Assembly: GCA_030390025.1 (NCBI GenBank)
Contig: CM059438.1
Coordinates: 59,088,001-59,152,000 of the forward strand
Direction: 5' to 3'
Length of the DNA stretch: 64,000 nt
From: Squalus acanthias
Lineage: Eukaryota
This document shows, one piece after another, positions 25,601-38,252 of the stretch. The notes below the pieces were generated by a model. That model searched no databases and was not told the DNA's origin. It saw only the letters and a program-made list of their open reading frames with translations. The number at the start of each line of letters is the position of its first letter. Position 1 is the first letter of the stretch. Made by a program: the position numbers and the translations under genes.

Positions 25601-26191
25601 CAGTGAGGGTCACAGTCCACCTCTCCCCCCCAGTGAGGGTCACAGTCCACCTCTCCCCCCCCTCCCAGTGAGGGTCACAGTCCACCTCTCCCCCCCCCTC
25701 CCAGTGAGGGTCACAGTCCACCTCTCCCCCCCAGTGAGGGTCACAGTCCACCTCTCCCCCTCCCCCCAGTGAGGGTCTCAGTCCATCTCCCCCCCCCCCC
25801 AGTGAGGGTCTCAGTCCATCTCCCCCCCAGTGAGGGTCTTAGTCCACCTCTCCCCCCCCAGTGAGGGTCTCAGTCCACCTCTCCCCCCCCAGTGAGGGTC
25901 TCAGTCCACCTCTCCCCCCCCCAGTGAGGGTCTCAGTCCACCTCTCCCCCCCCCAGTGAGGGTCTCAGTCCATCTCCCCCCCAGTGAGGGTCTCAGTCCA
26001 CCTCTCCCCCCCCAGTGAGGGTCTCAGTCCACCTCTCCCCCCCAGTGAGGGACTCAGTCCACCTCTCCCCCCCCAGTGAGGGTCTCAGTCCATCTCCCCC
26101 CCAGTGAGGGTCTCAGTCCACCTCTCCCCCCCCAGTGAGGGTCTCAGTCCATCTCTCCCCCCCCCCAGTGAGGGTCTCAGTCCACCTCTCC
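22618..26191. repeat. C-rich satellite: core CAGTGAGGGTCTCAGTCCACCTCT plus a variable C-run (unit about 30-42 bp)
   Basis: Roughly 100 tandem units seen directly. Confidence 0.98.
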
Positions 26192-27385
26192 TCATAGGTC
26201 AACCCTCTCATCCCAGGAATCAATCTAATGAACCTTCCTTGCACCCCCTCTAAGGCAGGTATTCCTTCCTTAGGTAAGGAGACCAAAACTGTGCACAGCA
26301 CTCCAGGTATGGTCTCACTAAAGCCCTATATAATTGCAGCAAGTTCCTTACTCTTATACTCCTATCCCCTTGCAATAAAGGCTAACATACCATTTGCCTT
26401 ACTAATTGTTTGCTGTACTTGCATGTTAACTTTCTGTCATTCGTGGACAAGGACACCCAAATATCTCTGCATACCAACATTTACTAGTCGCTCACCTTTT
26501 CAAAAATATTCTGCTTTTCTATTCTTCCTATCAAAGTGGATAATTTTGCATCTCCCCACATTATACCTCATCTGCCATCTTATTGGCCACTCACTTAGTC
26601 TATCTATATCCCTTTGCTGCTTCTTTACGTCCTCCTCAAGGCTTACTGTCCCACCGAGCTTTGTATCGTCAGCAAACTTAGATACAGTGCACTCGGTCCC
26701 TTCATCTAAGCTTGATGTTCTGGACAGCTGCTGGGCAGTGCTTGCGTATCCCACCGGCGTAGTGAATTCGTGCGAGCTGTGGGATCACGTGACTCAGTTA
26801 GAGCCAATGGCAGCACACCATCTTCCATTCATAAGTTTCACATAAGTGCTGTGAAATCTATGAATCTTACACCCCCCCAAAATAACAGCTAAACCTCAAT
26901 TAAATTAAAAAAAAACCCCATCACATTAATAAAATAAGTATAGTTAAATAAATTAACCATTTTAAATAAAAAATTAAATTTTTGAAAAAATTTTAAATCT
27001 TTTAAAAAGTTATAAAAATAAACTTACCTGTCTTTAAAGTCTCTAAAAAAGATATACCTGTAAAAAAAAATTCAAAAAAATACTTAATTCACTACTTACC
27101 TTGTTAAAAGTGGGTCTTACTCCTCCTTTTTACATTTCTAAAATCTTCAGTACTTACCTGCGCGTCCAAAGCATGAAGTGCACAGCGTGCGCGCAGCCTG
27201 TAGCGCGCACGCATTAATATAGATTGTAAATAGCTGAGGCCCAAGCACTGATCCTTGCGGTACCCCACTAGTTACAACCTGCCAACCTGAAAATGTCCTG
27301 TTTATCCCTATTCTTTGTTTGCTGTCCATTAACCAATCCTCAATCCATTCTAATATATTACCACCAATCCCATGAGCCCTAAGTT
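26192..27385 (-). mobile_element. CR1 RT fragment interrupted by a MITE-A internal segment
   Basis: GVPQGSVLGPQLFTIYIN | LDEGTECTVSKFADD...YEER. Confidence 0.92.
26711..27210 (+). mobile_element. TIR-less internal fragment of MITE family A
   Basis: Closely matches about 39558-40057; no TIRs and no TSD. Confidence 0.85.
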
Positions 27386-27661
27386 GTATGAATAAAGTCT
27401 GTTCTGTAGACTCAACTGTTAAGTGTCTCGTGCTTACTCGAAGCTTGTTGTTGTGAACCGGAGAGGGAAGGATGTTGGCTAACAGTTAACTCAACATCTG
27501 CACCACCGGTTGACTGAAGACAGAAGTGTAACACGAGCCTGTCCCTCCGTGTCGGGGGAGTGCGACTCCACTCACACTGTGCTGTCCCGACGGAGAGGAT
27601 TCTAGGAGACTTTTCATTCTCTCCGTTGCCCGTATCCATCCCTGAATGATCAGCTATGGGA

Positions 27662-28011
27662 GGGTCCGCAGGAAAACTACTCCCCCTGCTTCAACACATG
27701 GACACGGGCATCTGCCCCGGACACCAGCAGAGTCCGCAGGAAAACTATTCCCCCTGCTTCAACACATGGACACGGGCATCCGCCCCGGACACCAGCAGAG
27801 TCCGCAGGAAAACTATTCCCCCTGCTTCAACACATGGACACGGGCACCCGCCCTGGCCACCAGCAGAGTCTGCAGGAAAACTATTCCCCCTGCTTCAACA
27901 CATGGACACGGGCACTCGCCCTGGCCACCAGCAGAGTCCGCAGGAAAACTATTCCCCCTGCTTCAACACATGGACACGGGCACTCGCCCTGGCCACCAGC
28001 AGAGTCCGCAG
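27662..28011. repeat. 68-bp tandem repeat, about 5 copies
   Basis: Unit gagtccgcaggaaaactattccccctgcttcaacacatggacacgggca...caccagca starting at 27662, 27730, 27798, 27866 and 27934. Confidence 0.95.
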
Positions 28012-28154
28012 TCTCCATATTTCTCATGAAAAGATTAAAGAAAGAATTTAATTGGCGTAGCACCTTATCACATTTTAAACGTGACGGGTGGGAGATCCCT
28101 GCATGTAATCTTAAACTTAGGCTGTTCAGCGGTGGAGTCAGGAAATTCTTCTTA

Positions 28155-29490
28155 CATAGAATTTTACACAGAAACAGGCCATTCGGCCCAATTGGTCCGT
28201 GCAGGTGTTTCTGCTTCACACGAGCCTCCTCCCACCCCTCTTCATCTCACCCCATCAGCATAACTCTCTATTCCTTTCTCCCTCATGCACTTATCTAGCT
28301 TCCCATTAAATGCATCTCTGCTATTCGCCTCAACCACTCCCTGTGGTACCAAGTTCCACATTCTCATCACTCTCTGAGTAAAGATGTCTCACGTGAATTC
28401 CTTATTGGATTTATCAGTGACTATCTTATATTTTATGGCCCCTAGTTTTGGTCTTCCCCACAAGTGGAAACATCTTCTCAACGTCTAACCTATCAAACTC
28501 TTTCATAATCTTAAAGACCTCTATTCGGTCACCCCTCAGCCTTCTCTTTTCTGGAGAAAAGAGCCCCAGCCTGTTCAATCTTTCCTGATATTTCTAAACT
28601 CTGAGTTCTGGTATCATCCTTGCAAAACTTTTTTGCACCTTCTCCAGTGCCTCTATATCCTTTTTATAATATGGAGACCAGAACTGTGCAAGTGTGGTCT
28701 AACCAGAGTTCTATATAAATTTAACATAACTTTGCTGTTTTTGAATTCTATTCTTTTAGAAATGAACCCCAGTGCTTAGTTTGTGAATCTGTAGCCCCAG
28801 ATCCTTTTGCGTCTCTACCCCATTGAGACTCTTATTTTAGAAACATTGAAACATAGAAAAATAGGAGCAGGAGTAGGCCATTCGGCTCTTCGAGCCTGCT
28901 CTGCCATTCAATATGATCATGGCTGATCCTCTATCTCAATACCATATTCCCGCGCTCTCCCCATACCACTTGACGCCTTTTGCGTCTAGAAATCTATCGC
29001 CTTCTTAAATATATTCAGTGACTTGGCCTCCACAGCCTTCTGTGGTAGAGAATTCCACAGGTTCACCACCCTCTGAGTGAAGAAATTTCTCCTCATCTCA
29101 GTCCTAAATGTCCTACCCCGTATCCTGAGACTGTGGCCCCTCGTTCTAGACCCCCCAGCCAGGGGAAAGATCCTCCCTGCATCCAGTCTGTCTAGCCCTG
29201 TCAGAATTTTATACGTTTCAATGAGATCCCCTCTCATTCTTCTAAACTCTAGTGAATACAGGCCTAATCGACCCAATCTCTCCTCATACGACAGTCCTGC
29301 CATCCCAGGAATCAGTCTGGTGAACCTTCGCTGCATTGCAAGGAATAGGTGGCCTCCTTACTCCTTCTACCACTTCGCACTTATCAATATTGAAATGTAA
29401 TTTGCCAATTACATGCCCATTCTGCAAGTTTGTTAATGTCTTCATTTATTTTGTTGCAGTCCTCCTCAGTATTGACTATACCCCCAATAT
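28155..29490 (-). mobile_element. Old CR1 3' portion containing a younger CR1 3' end (about 28839-29336)
   Basis: Two CR1 tails (28155 and 28840); ORF 28986..29336 QRRFTRLIPG...FFTQRVVNLWNSLP. Confidence 0.85.
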
Positions 29491-29716
29491 GGTGTCTTCA
29501 CACAAAGGGTAGTGGAAATCTGGAATTCTCTCCCCTAAAAGGCTGTGGTTGCTTGAGGGTAATTGAAGCTTTCAAGACTGAGATCAATAGATTTTTATTA
29601 GATAACGGTATCAAGGGATATGGAGCAAAGGCGGGCAAATGGGGTTAAGATACAGTTCAACAATGATCTAATTGAATGGTTCGAGGGGCTGAATGGCTCC
29701 TCCTGTGCCCATGTTC
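29491..29716 (+). mobile_element. Short CR1 3' end
   Basis: FTQRVVEIWNSLP-like sequence, FKTEINRFL, and 3' UTR gaggggctgaatggctcctcctg. Confidence 0.75.
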
Positions 29717-32700
29717 CCCAGGGAAATTCAACCCCTACGTATTTCTTTGCTCTTTCAATTCCACGCCAGTGAGGCATTTAGCTTGAGTACAACCATTCAG
29801 ATTTGTGACATGCCTCCGTTGATGCCGGTTACTGAGAGAAAGAAAGACTTGTATTTGTATAAATATTGGGAAGACCGAAGCCATTGTCTTTGGTCCCCGG
29901 CCCCGCCACAAACTTTGTTCCCGAACGACCGACTCCATCCCACTCCCTGGCAACTGTCTGAGGCTAAACCAGACAGTTCGCAACTGACCCCATATCGGCG
30001 CCATCACTAAGACCGCCAATTTCCACCTCCGTAACATCGCCCAACTCCTCCCCTGCCTCAGCTTATTTGCTGCTGAAACCCTCGTCCATGCCATTGTTAC
30101 CTCTAGACTTGACTATTCCAATGCACTCCTGGCCGACCTCCCATGTTCTAGCCTCTGTAAACTTGAGGTCATCCAAAACTCGGCTGCCCGTGTCCTAACT
30201 CACACCAAGTCCCGTTCGCCCATCACCCCTGTGCTCGCTGACCTACATTGGCTCCCAGTTAAGCAACGCCTCAATTTTAAAATTCTCATCCTTGTTTTCA
30301 AATCCCTCCATGGCCTCGCCCCTCCCTATCTCTGGAGCCTCCTCCAGCCCCACAACCCTCCGAGATATCTGCACTCCTCCAATTTAGGCCTCTTGAGCAT
30401 CTCTGATTTTAATCGCTCCACCATTGGCGACTCTGCCTTCAGCTGCCTGGGCCCGAAGCTCTGGAATTCCCTCCCTAAACCTTTCTGCCTCTCTACCCCT
30501 CGCTCCTCCATTAAGACGCTCCTTAAAACCTGCCTCTTTGACCAAGCATCTAAGAACATAAGAACCTAAGAAATAGGAGCAGCAATAGGCCATTCGGCCC
30601 TTCGAGCCTGCTCTGCCATTCAATAAGATCATGGCTGATCTTCTACCTCATCTCCACTTTCCTGCACTATCCCCATATCCCTTGATTCCCTTAATATTCA
30701 AAAATCTATCGATCTCTGTCTTGAATATACTCAACGACTGAGCCTCCACAGCCCTCTGCGGTAGAGAATTCCAAAGATTCACCACCCTCTGAGTGAAAAA
30801 ATTTCTCCTCATCTCAGTCCTAAATGGCCAACCCCTTATTCTGAGACTGTGACCACTGGTTCTAGACTCCCCAGCCAGGGGAAATATCCTCCCTGCATCT
30901 ACCCTGTCAAGCCCTGTAAGAATTTTGTATGTTTCAATTAGATCACCTCTCATTCTTCTAAACGCTAGAGAATATAGGCCTAGTCTACTCAATCTCTCTT
31001 CATAGGACAATCCCCCCATTCCAGGAACCAGTCGGGTGAACCCTCGTTGCACTCCCTCTATGGCAAGTATATCCTTCCTTAGGTAAGGAGACCAAAACTG
31101 TACACAATACTCCAGGTGTGGTCTCACCAGGGCCCTATATAATTGCAGTAAGATGTCTTTACTCTTATACTCAAATCCTCTTGTAATAAAGGCCAACATA
31201 CCATTTGCTTTCCTAATTGTTTGCTGTACCTGCTTGTTAACTTTCAGTGATTCGTGCACAAGGACACCCAGGTCCCTCTGAAAACCAACATTTCTCAATC
31301 TCTCACCATTTAAAAAATACACTGCTTTCCTATTTTTCCTACCGAAGTGGATAACCTCACATTTCTCCACATTATATTTCATTTGCCATGTTCTTACCTA
31401 CTCACTTAGCCTGTCTATATCCCCTTGAAGACTCCTTGCATCCTCTTCACAACTTATATTCTCACCTAGCTTTGTATCATCAGCAAACTTGGATATATCA
31501 CATTTGGTCCCCTCATCCAAATCATTGATACAGATTGTGAATAGCTGAGGCCCAAGCACTGATCCTTGTGGTACCCCACTAGTTACAGCCTGCCAACCCG
31601 AAAATGACCCGTTTATTCCTACTCTCTGTTTTACGTCCATTAATCCATGCGAGTATATTACCCCCAATCCCATGAGCCCTAATTTTGTTTAATAACCTCT
31701 TGTGTGGCATCTTATTGAATGCCTTCTGAAAATCCAAATACACCACATCCACTGGTTCCCCCTTATCTATTCTGCTAGTTACAACCTCAAAAAAATCTAA
31801 CAGATTTGTCAAACATGATTTCCCTTTCATAAATCCATGTTGAGTCTGCCCAATCCTATTATTATTTTCCAAGTGCCCTGTTACCACGTCTCTAATAATA
31901 GATTCTAGCATTTTCCCTACTACTGATGTCAGGCTAACTGGTCTGTAGTTCCCCATTTTCTCTCTTCCTCCTTTCTTAAATAGTGGGGTTACATTTGCTA
32001 CTTTCCAATCTGCGGGAACCGTTCTAGAATCTATGGAATTTTGGAAGATGACAACCAATGCATCCACTATCTCTGGAGCCACCTCTTTTAAAACTCTAGG
32101 ATGTAGGCCATCAGGTCTAGGGGATTTATTGGCTTTCAGTCCCATTAATTTCTCCAGTACAATTTTTTTACTAATACTAATTTCTTTCAGTTCCTCATTC
32201 TCTTGGTTCTCCACTATTTCCAGAAAGTTTTTTGCGTCTTCTTCCGTGAAGACAGACACAAAGTATTTGTTTAATTTCCCTGCCATTTCCTTATTCCCCA
32301 TTATAATTTCTCTTGTCTCAGCCTGTAAGGGACCCACGTTTACTTTCGCTAATCTTTTCCTTTTTACATACCTATAGAAGCTTTTACAGTCTGTTTTTAT
32401 GTCTCTCGCTAGTTTACTCTCATATTCTATTTTCCCTTTCTTGGTCAATTTCTTGGTCCTCCTTTGTTGAATTCTAAAATCCTCCCAATCCTCAGGCTTA
32501 CAACTCTTTTTGGTAACATTATAAGCCTCTTCCTTTGATCTAATACTATCTTTAACTTCTCTTGTTCGCCACGGTTGGACCACTTTTCCTGTGGGGTTTT
32601 TGTGCCTTAAAGGAATGTATATTTGTTGTAAATTATGTATTAATTCTTTAAATGCTAGCCATTGCTTGTCTACCATCATACCTTTTAATGTAGTTTCCCA

Positions 32701-33845
32701 ATCTACCTTAGCCAACTCGCCCCTCATACCTACGTAGTTTGCTTTGTTTAGATTTAAGACCCTAGTTTCGGATTTAACGAAATCACTTTCAAACTCAATA
32801 TAAAATTTGATCATATTATGGTCACTCCTCCCTAGAGGCCCCTTTACTACAAGGTTATTAATGAACCCTTTCTCATTGCACAATACTAGATCTAAAATAA
32901 CCTGTTCCCTAGTTGGTTCCTCAACATACTGATCTAAATAACTATCTTGTATACATTCCATGAATTCGTCTTCCGCACAATTACTACAAATCTTGTTTGC
33001 CCAGTCTATATATAGATTAAAGTCCCCATGATTACTGTATTACCCTTGTTACATGCGCCTCTAATTTCCTGATTTATACGCTGCCCTACATTACAACTAC
33101 TGTTTGGGGGCCTATAAACAACTCCCACCAATGTTTTCTGCCCCTTGCTGTTTCTTAGCTCCACCCAAACTGATTCTACTTCTTGATTTTCGGAGCTAAG
33201 ATCCTTTCTCTCTACTGTCTTTATCCCATCCTTTATTATCAGGGCTACCATTCCTCCTTTTCCATTTTGCCTATCTCTTCTAAAAGTTAAGTATCCTGGA
33301 ATATTTAGTTCCCAAACTTGGCCACTTTGCAACCATGTCTCCGTAATGGCTATTAGATCAAACCTGTTAATTTCTATCTGCGGTATTAATTAATCTATTT
33401 TGTTGCAAATGCTTCGCGCTTTCAGATATAGTGCCTTTAGCTTTGACTTTTTTCTATTTTTCCCTGATGTCACTTTAGTCACTGATGCCTTATTACCTTT
33501 GTTACTCTCTCTGTTCCTTCCTGACCCACTCTGCTTATTTTTACCCAAAACTCTACTCTGATCTAGAGCCTTGACATTTCCCTCGCTGCTTTTAAATTTA
33601 CTCTTTCCTGAATCCTTCCACCCCGCCTACATTAGTTTAAAGACCTGTCTACTGCCCTAGTTATTCGATTCACCAGGACACTGGTCCCAGCCCGGTTTAA
33701 ATGGAGCCCGTCCCAACGGAACAGCTCCCTCTTTCCCCAGTACTGGTGCCAGTGCCCCATGAACTGAAACCCCTGCCTACCACACCACTCTTTGAGCCAC
33801 GCATTTAAACCTCTAATCTGTTTGTCCCTTTGCCAATTTGCGCGT

Positions 33846-34602
33846 ATTTTTAATATTCGTTCATGGTATATGGGCGTTGCTGGCAAGGCCAGCATTTATT
33901 GCCCATCCCTAATTGTCCTTGAGAAGGTGGTGGTGAGCTGCCTTCTTGAACCGCTGCAGTCCGTGTGGTGAAGGTACTTCCACAGTGTTGTTAGGGAGGG
34001 AGTTCCAAGATTTTGACCCAGCGATGATGGAGGATCAGCGATATACTTTCAAGTCAGGATGATGTGTGACTTGGAGGGGAACTTGGAGTTGGTGGTGTTC
34101 CCATGCGCCTGCTGCCCTTGTCCTTCTAGGTGGTAAAGGTCGCGGGTTTGGGAGGTGCTGCCGAAGAAGCCTTGGTGTGTTGCTGCAGTGCATCTTTAAG
34201 ATGGTACACACTGCAGCCACGGTACGCCGGTGGTGGAGGGAGTGAATGTTTAAGGTGGTGGATGGGGTGCCAGTCAAGCGGGTTACTTTGCCTTGGATGG
34301 TGTCGAGCTTCTTCAGTGTTGTTGGAGCTGCACTCATCCAGGCAAGTGGAGAGTATTCCATCACACTCCTGACTTATGCCTTGTAGATGGTGGAAAGGTT
34401 TTGGGGAGTCAGGAGGTGAGACACTTGCCACAGAATACCCAACCTCTGACCTGCTCTTGTTGCCACAGTATTTATGTGGCTGGTCCAGTTAAGTTTCTGG
34501 TCAATGGTGATCCCCAGGATATTGATGGTGGGGATTCGGCGATGGTAATGCTGTTGAATGTCAAGGGGTGGTGGTTATACGGTCGCTTGTTGGAGAAAAT
34601 CA
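33846..34602 (-). mobile_element. 3' end of a second CR1-group LINE lineage
   Basis: MEYSPLAWMSAAPTTLKKLDTIQ...SLHHRRTVAA...WNSLP; removing it restores SEP-RANW in the host ORF1. Confidence 0.85.
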
Positions 34603-34857
34603 TGGCTCAGATAACAATCCAGAGATTATTACCTTGGACATTCTGCTTTTTAATTTGGATCCTAGCACTTCAAACTCCCTCAGCAGAACCTCATTCCTAG
34701 TTCTACCTATATCGTTGGTTTCTATGTGGACCACAAGAATTGGATCCTCCCCCTCCCACTCCATGTTCTTCTCCAGCCGCGAAGAGATGTCCTTAACCCT
34801 GGCACCGGGCAGGCAACATAGCCTTCGGTACTCCCTGTCGCAGCTGCAGAGAACATT

Positions 34858-35614
34858 GGCCCTGAAATTCGCCTCTCCGGCTTGCCGCGGGGGTAAGGAT
34901 CGCGCGCGCACTTATCTACCGCGCCTGCTGTTGACCTCTGGGTCCACGGGGACTTCAGCTCCTGGGCCTGCTCCAAGTGCCGGCGCGCAGTGCTTGCGTG
35001 TCCCAGGGGCGTAGTTAGTGCGATGCGTCCCCTGGGATCATGTGGGCCATGGAGAGCCAATGGCAGCAGACCATCTTTCATTCATAGATTTGACCTGTCA
35101 AATCTATGAATTGAAATCGGCCCCAAAAGAACAGCTAAACTTCAAATACATTTTTTAAAAAAACATCACATTTATAAAATAACTATAAGTTAAATAAATT
35201 AACTACTTTAAACAAAAATTTAAATTTTTGAAAAAATTAAAATACTTTTTAACAGTGCTAAAAATAAACTTACCTTTCTTTAAAGTATCTAAAAAAGATA
35301 AACCTGTTGAAAATTTTTTTAAATTGTAATTAATTAACCACTTACCTTGTTGAAAACGGCTCCTGCGCCTTCTTTTTAAAAGCGCAGGTTCTTCAATACT
35401 TACCCTCCCGGAGAAACCTGAAAAAACCCTAAGTTTGCTGCGTGCGCGCAGCCTCTACCATGCACACGGTTCACCTCTGAACCGCTCCCTTCACCAGACC
35501 GGAAGTTCCGGTTTCCCGCGCATGCGCAGTGCATGCAGGAAACTGGCACTTCAGGAGGCCTTGCGGGTGAGTACACAGTGCGTACTCACCCGGCAAGTGC
35601 CGAAGTTTTGGCCC
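34858..35614 (+). mobile_element. MITE family A
   Basis: TIRs ggccctgaaatt / aagttttggccc; ATT/AAT TSD; interrupts GID-NVLC of CR1 ORF1. Confidence 0.85.
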
Positions 35615-35765
35615 AATATCTATCCCCCTGACTATAGTGTCACCTACCACTGCCACATTCCTTTTTACTCCCCCCCTTGAATGGCCTCCTGTACCATGGT
35701 GCTGTGGTCAGTATGCCCATCCTCCTGCCAGTCCTTGTTCTCAGCCATACAGGCAGCGAGTACCT

Positions 35766-36247
35766 TTTGAAAAAATTCATTTATGGGATGTGGGCATCGC
35801 AGGCAAGGCCAGCATTTATTGCCCATCCCTAATTGCCCTTGAGAAGGTGATGGTGAGCCACCTTCCTAAACCGCTGCAGTCCGTGTGGTGAAGGTACTCC
35901 CACAGTGCTGTTAGGGAGGGAGTTCCAGGATTTTGACCCAGCGACGATGAAGTATCGGTGATATACTTCTAAGTCAGGTTGGTGTGTGACTTGGAGGGGA
36001 ACTTGGAGGTGGTGGTGTTCCCATGCGCCTGCTACCCTTGTCCTTCTAGGTGGAAGAGGTCGCGGGTTTGGGAGGTGCTGCTGAAGAAGCCTTGGCGAGT
36101 TGCTGCAGTGCATCTTGTAGATGGTACACACTGCAGCCACGGTGCGCTGGTGGTGGAGGGAGTGGATGTTTAAGGTGGTGGATGGGGTGCCAATCAAGCG
36201 GGCTGCTTTGTCCTGGGTGGTGTCTAGCTTCTTGAGTGCTGTTGGAC
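35766..36247 (-). mobile_element. 3' end of the second CR1-group lineage
   Basis: LKKLDTTQDKAARLIG...WNSLP...HHHLLKGN; homologous to 33846-34330. Confidence 0.85.
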
Positions 36248-37534
36248 AACACCTGTTGTACCTGTTGGACAAGGTCAAGGGCTGAGGCTCCTCCATCACC
36301 ATATCCTGGTTCCCCATACCTTCCTGGCTTGCAGTCACACCCTCCTGTCCCTGACCATTGACTAATTCTAAAGTACTGCTTAACCTAAGGGGTGTGACTG
36401 CCTCCTGGAACAAAGTATCCAGGTAACTCTCCCTTTCACTGACCCATCGCAGTGTCTGCAGCTCGGACTCCAGCTCAACAACTCTGAGCCGAAGTTCCTC
36501 GAGTTGCAGGCACTTACCGCAGATGTGGTTGCTCGGGATCTTGCTGCTCTCCACCAACTCCCACATGCTGCAGTTACGACACACCACCTGCCCTGCCATC
36601 TCTATCTAACCTTTTTTTATTTATATAATTAGTTACAGTATTTATTGAAACGATTATTTTTACTTTTAATTTTTAGTTATTAATTCAATAAGGTTATAGT
36701 AGTTAATACTCTCCCAGTTCTGAGTTAATCCACTTACCAATCCTAGAGAGCAAAAGAGCTGTAATACTCATCAACCAATCATGTACCTGCTGTCTGTGAC
36801 ATCACTCCTTGTTTTTTTTGTTTTTTAAGCCCCCGCCTCCGCTGCCGCCGCTCCCACTCAGGTCCGCGCTGTGTCCTGGGCCTTCTCCTATTAGGATGGC
36901 ATCTGCCCCAATATCTCCTCATGTTGCCCAGTGTTGTTTGATAACTTTTGTGTGAAAACGCTCCTGTGAAGTGCCTTGGGACGTTTTACTACATTGAAGG
37001 CGCTATATAAATACAAGTTGTTGTTGTATATGGTGTTTTATCACATCTCCCGGAAACATCCCATAGTACTTCATGTCGCGTGGATTATTGGTGGAGCTGG
37101 TTGAGGGGAGGATGTTTGAATTATGGAGACGGGACCTCAGTTTAAGGTCTCAACCAAAGGGCACCTCCTCCAACAGTGCAGCACTCCCTCACCACTGCAC
37201 TGAGGTGGCAACTTAGAGATGAGAGTGATACCAACTGAGCCAAACTGACACGACTGCAGGGTAGGAGGCCCATGGTTATTAGGGCGACCCGTGATGGGGA
37301 TAACAGCTAACATTTGAGTCTGTGCAGGTTGGTTTAGGTTATTGTGCCTCTCTGCTGTGTCTGATGCTGATATAACACTGAGGGCCCGAGGAGAGTGTTC
37401 GGAACCCCCACCCCGCCTCCCCATGCCCCCACAACCCCATGCTGCAGCCACTGGGGGAAACACCTCCTAGGAGCACTAGGGCAGGCAAAGGCAGACGGAA
37501 GACAGGCACCAAGGGAATGAACAAGGGTGATTAG

Positions 37535-37694
37535 CAATGTTCCCTCTCCCGCGTGGTTGCATAGCTCTCTGTCAGTCCCGCGCAGTCTGGGACTGGCTTT
37601 TCCAATCTTAAATTTCGTGTGTGCGCAAAACTGTGAATGGGTGGCGCAGCCCGCTAAAGGGGCTGGGCACCCAAAAAAAATTAGGGGAACGTTG
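37535..37694. mobile_element. 160-bp hAT-type MITE
   Basis: TIRs caatgttccct / ggggaacgttg; 8-bp TSD gtgattag / gtgatcag. Confidence 0.85.
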
Positions 37695-37972
37695 GTGATC
37701 AGTTTATTTTTGTACGCATTATGTCATGATTGAATTTGGATTGGAATGTGCATTTTCTGGTGGTTTTTATTTTTGTGTTGTCGGAAAGAGGACGGTGTGA
37801 TGGTCAATGATAGAGGGAAGGGAAGGAGTGTGGGTCTGTTGGTGAATGGGGAGGTGTGTTGAGGTTACTGATATCGCTTGTGAATTATTTAATCACGTAG
37901 AGACCAGGCAGAAAGGGACTGTCTACGTTGTTCTCTCCTTTCCTTTTCCTGTTCCTTCACTTCCTGTTGCAA

Positions 37973-38005
<33 letters not shown>

Positions 38006-38252
38006 CTCCTACTCCTCTTCCTTTCCTCCTCCTACTCCTCTTCCTCCACCTCTTCCTCCTCCTCCTCTTCGTGCTCCTGCTCCTCAGCATCTCGCCTGAT
38101 AAGGGCTGTTCCCTCATAGTGGCCAGGTTGTGCAGCATGCAGCATACTACCACAAATCTTGATACCTGCTCAGCTGAGTACTGCAGGGCTGCTCCAGAAC
38201 GGTCCAGGCAGCGGAAGTGTTGTTTGAGGATGTCGATGGTGTGCTATGTAAT

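Larger units (their letters stand above)
30552..36890 (-). mobile_element. Near full-length CR1 LINE with three nested insertions in ORF1
   Basis: ORF1 begins at 36599 (MAGQVVCRNC...CGKC) with esterase motifs VGDTIVR and WDGLHL; ORF2 pieces 33006..33332, 31579..32961 and 30648..31382; tail at 30552. Confidence 0.95.
29862..37027 (+). mobile_element. L2 LINE 3' end (29862-30548 plus about 36895-37027), split by a full-length CR1
   Basis: SRLDYSNALL, LHWLPVKQRLNFKIL, LWNSLP; tail aaggcgctatataaatacaag(ttg)n at about 37000-37027. Confidence 0.85.

Noticed and set aside
22618..26191. CRISPR-like alternation of constant and variable segments, and Pro-rich ORFs
   Set aside because: The variable parts are only C-runs, there are no cas genes, and the context is vertebrate; the ORFs are translations of the repeat
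35829..36599. 256-aa ORF as a novel fusion protein
   Set aside because: CR1 ORF1 N-terminus reading into an inserted LINE 3' end
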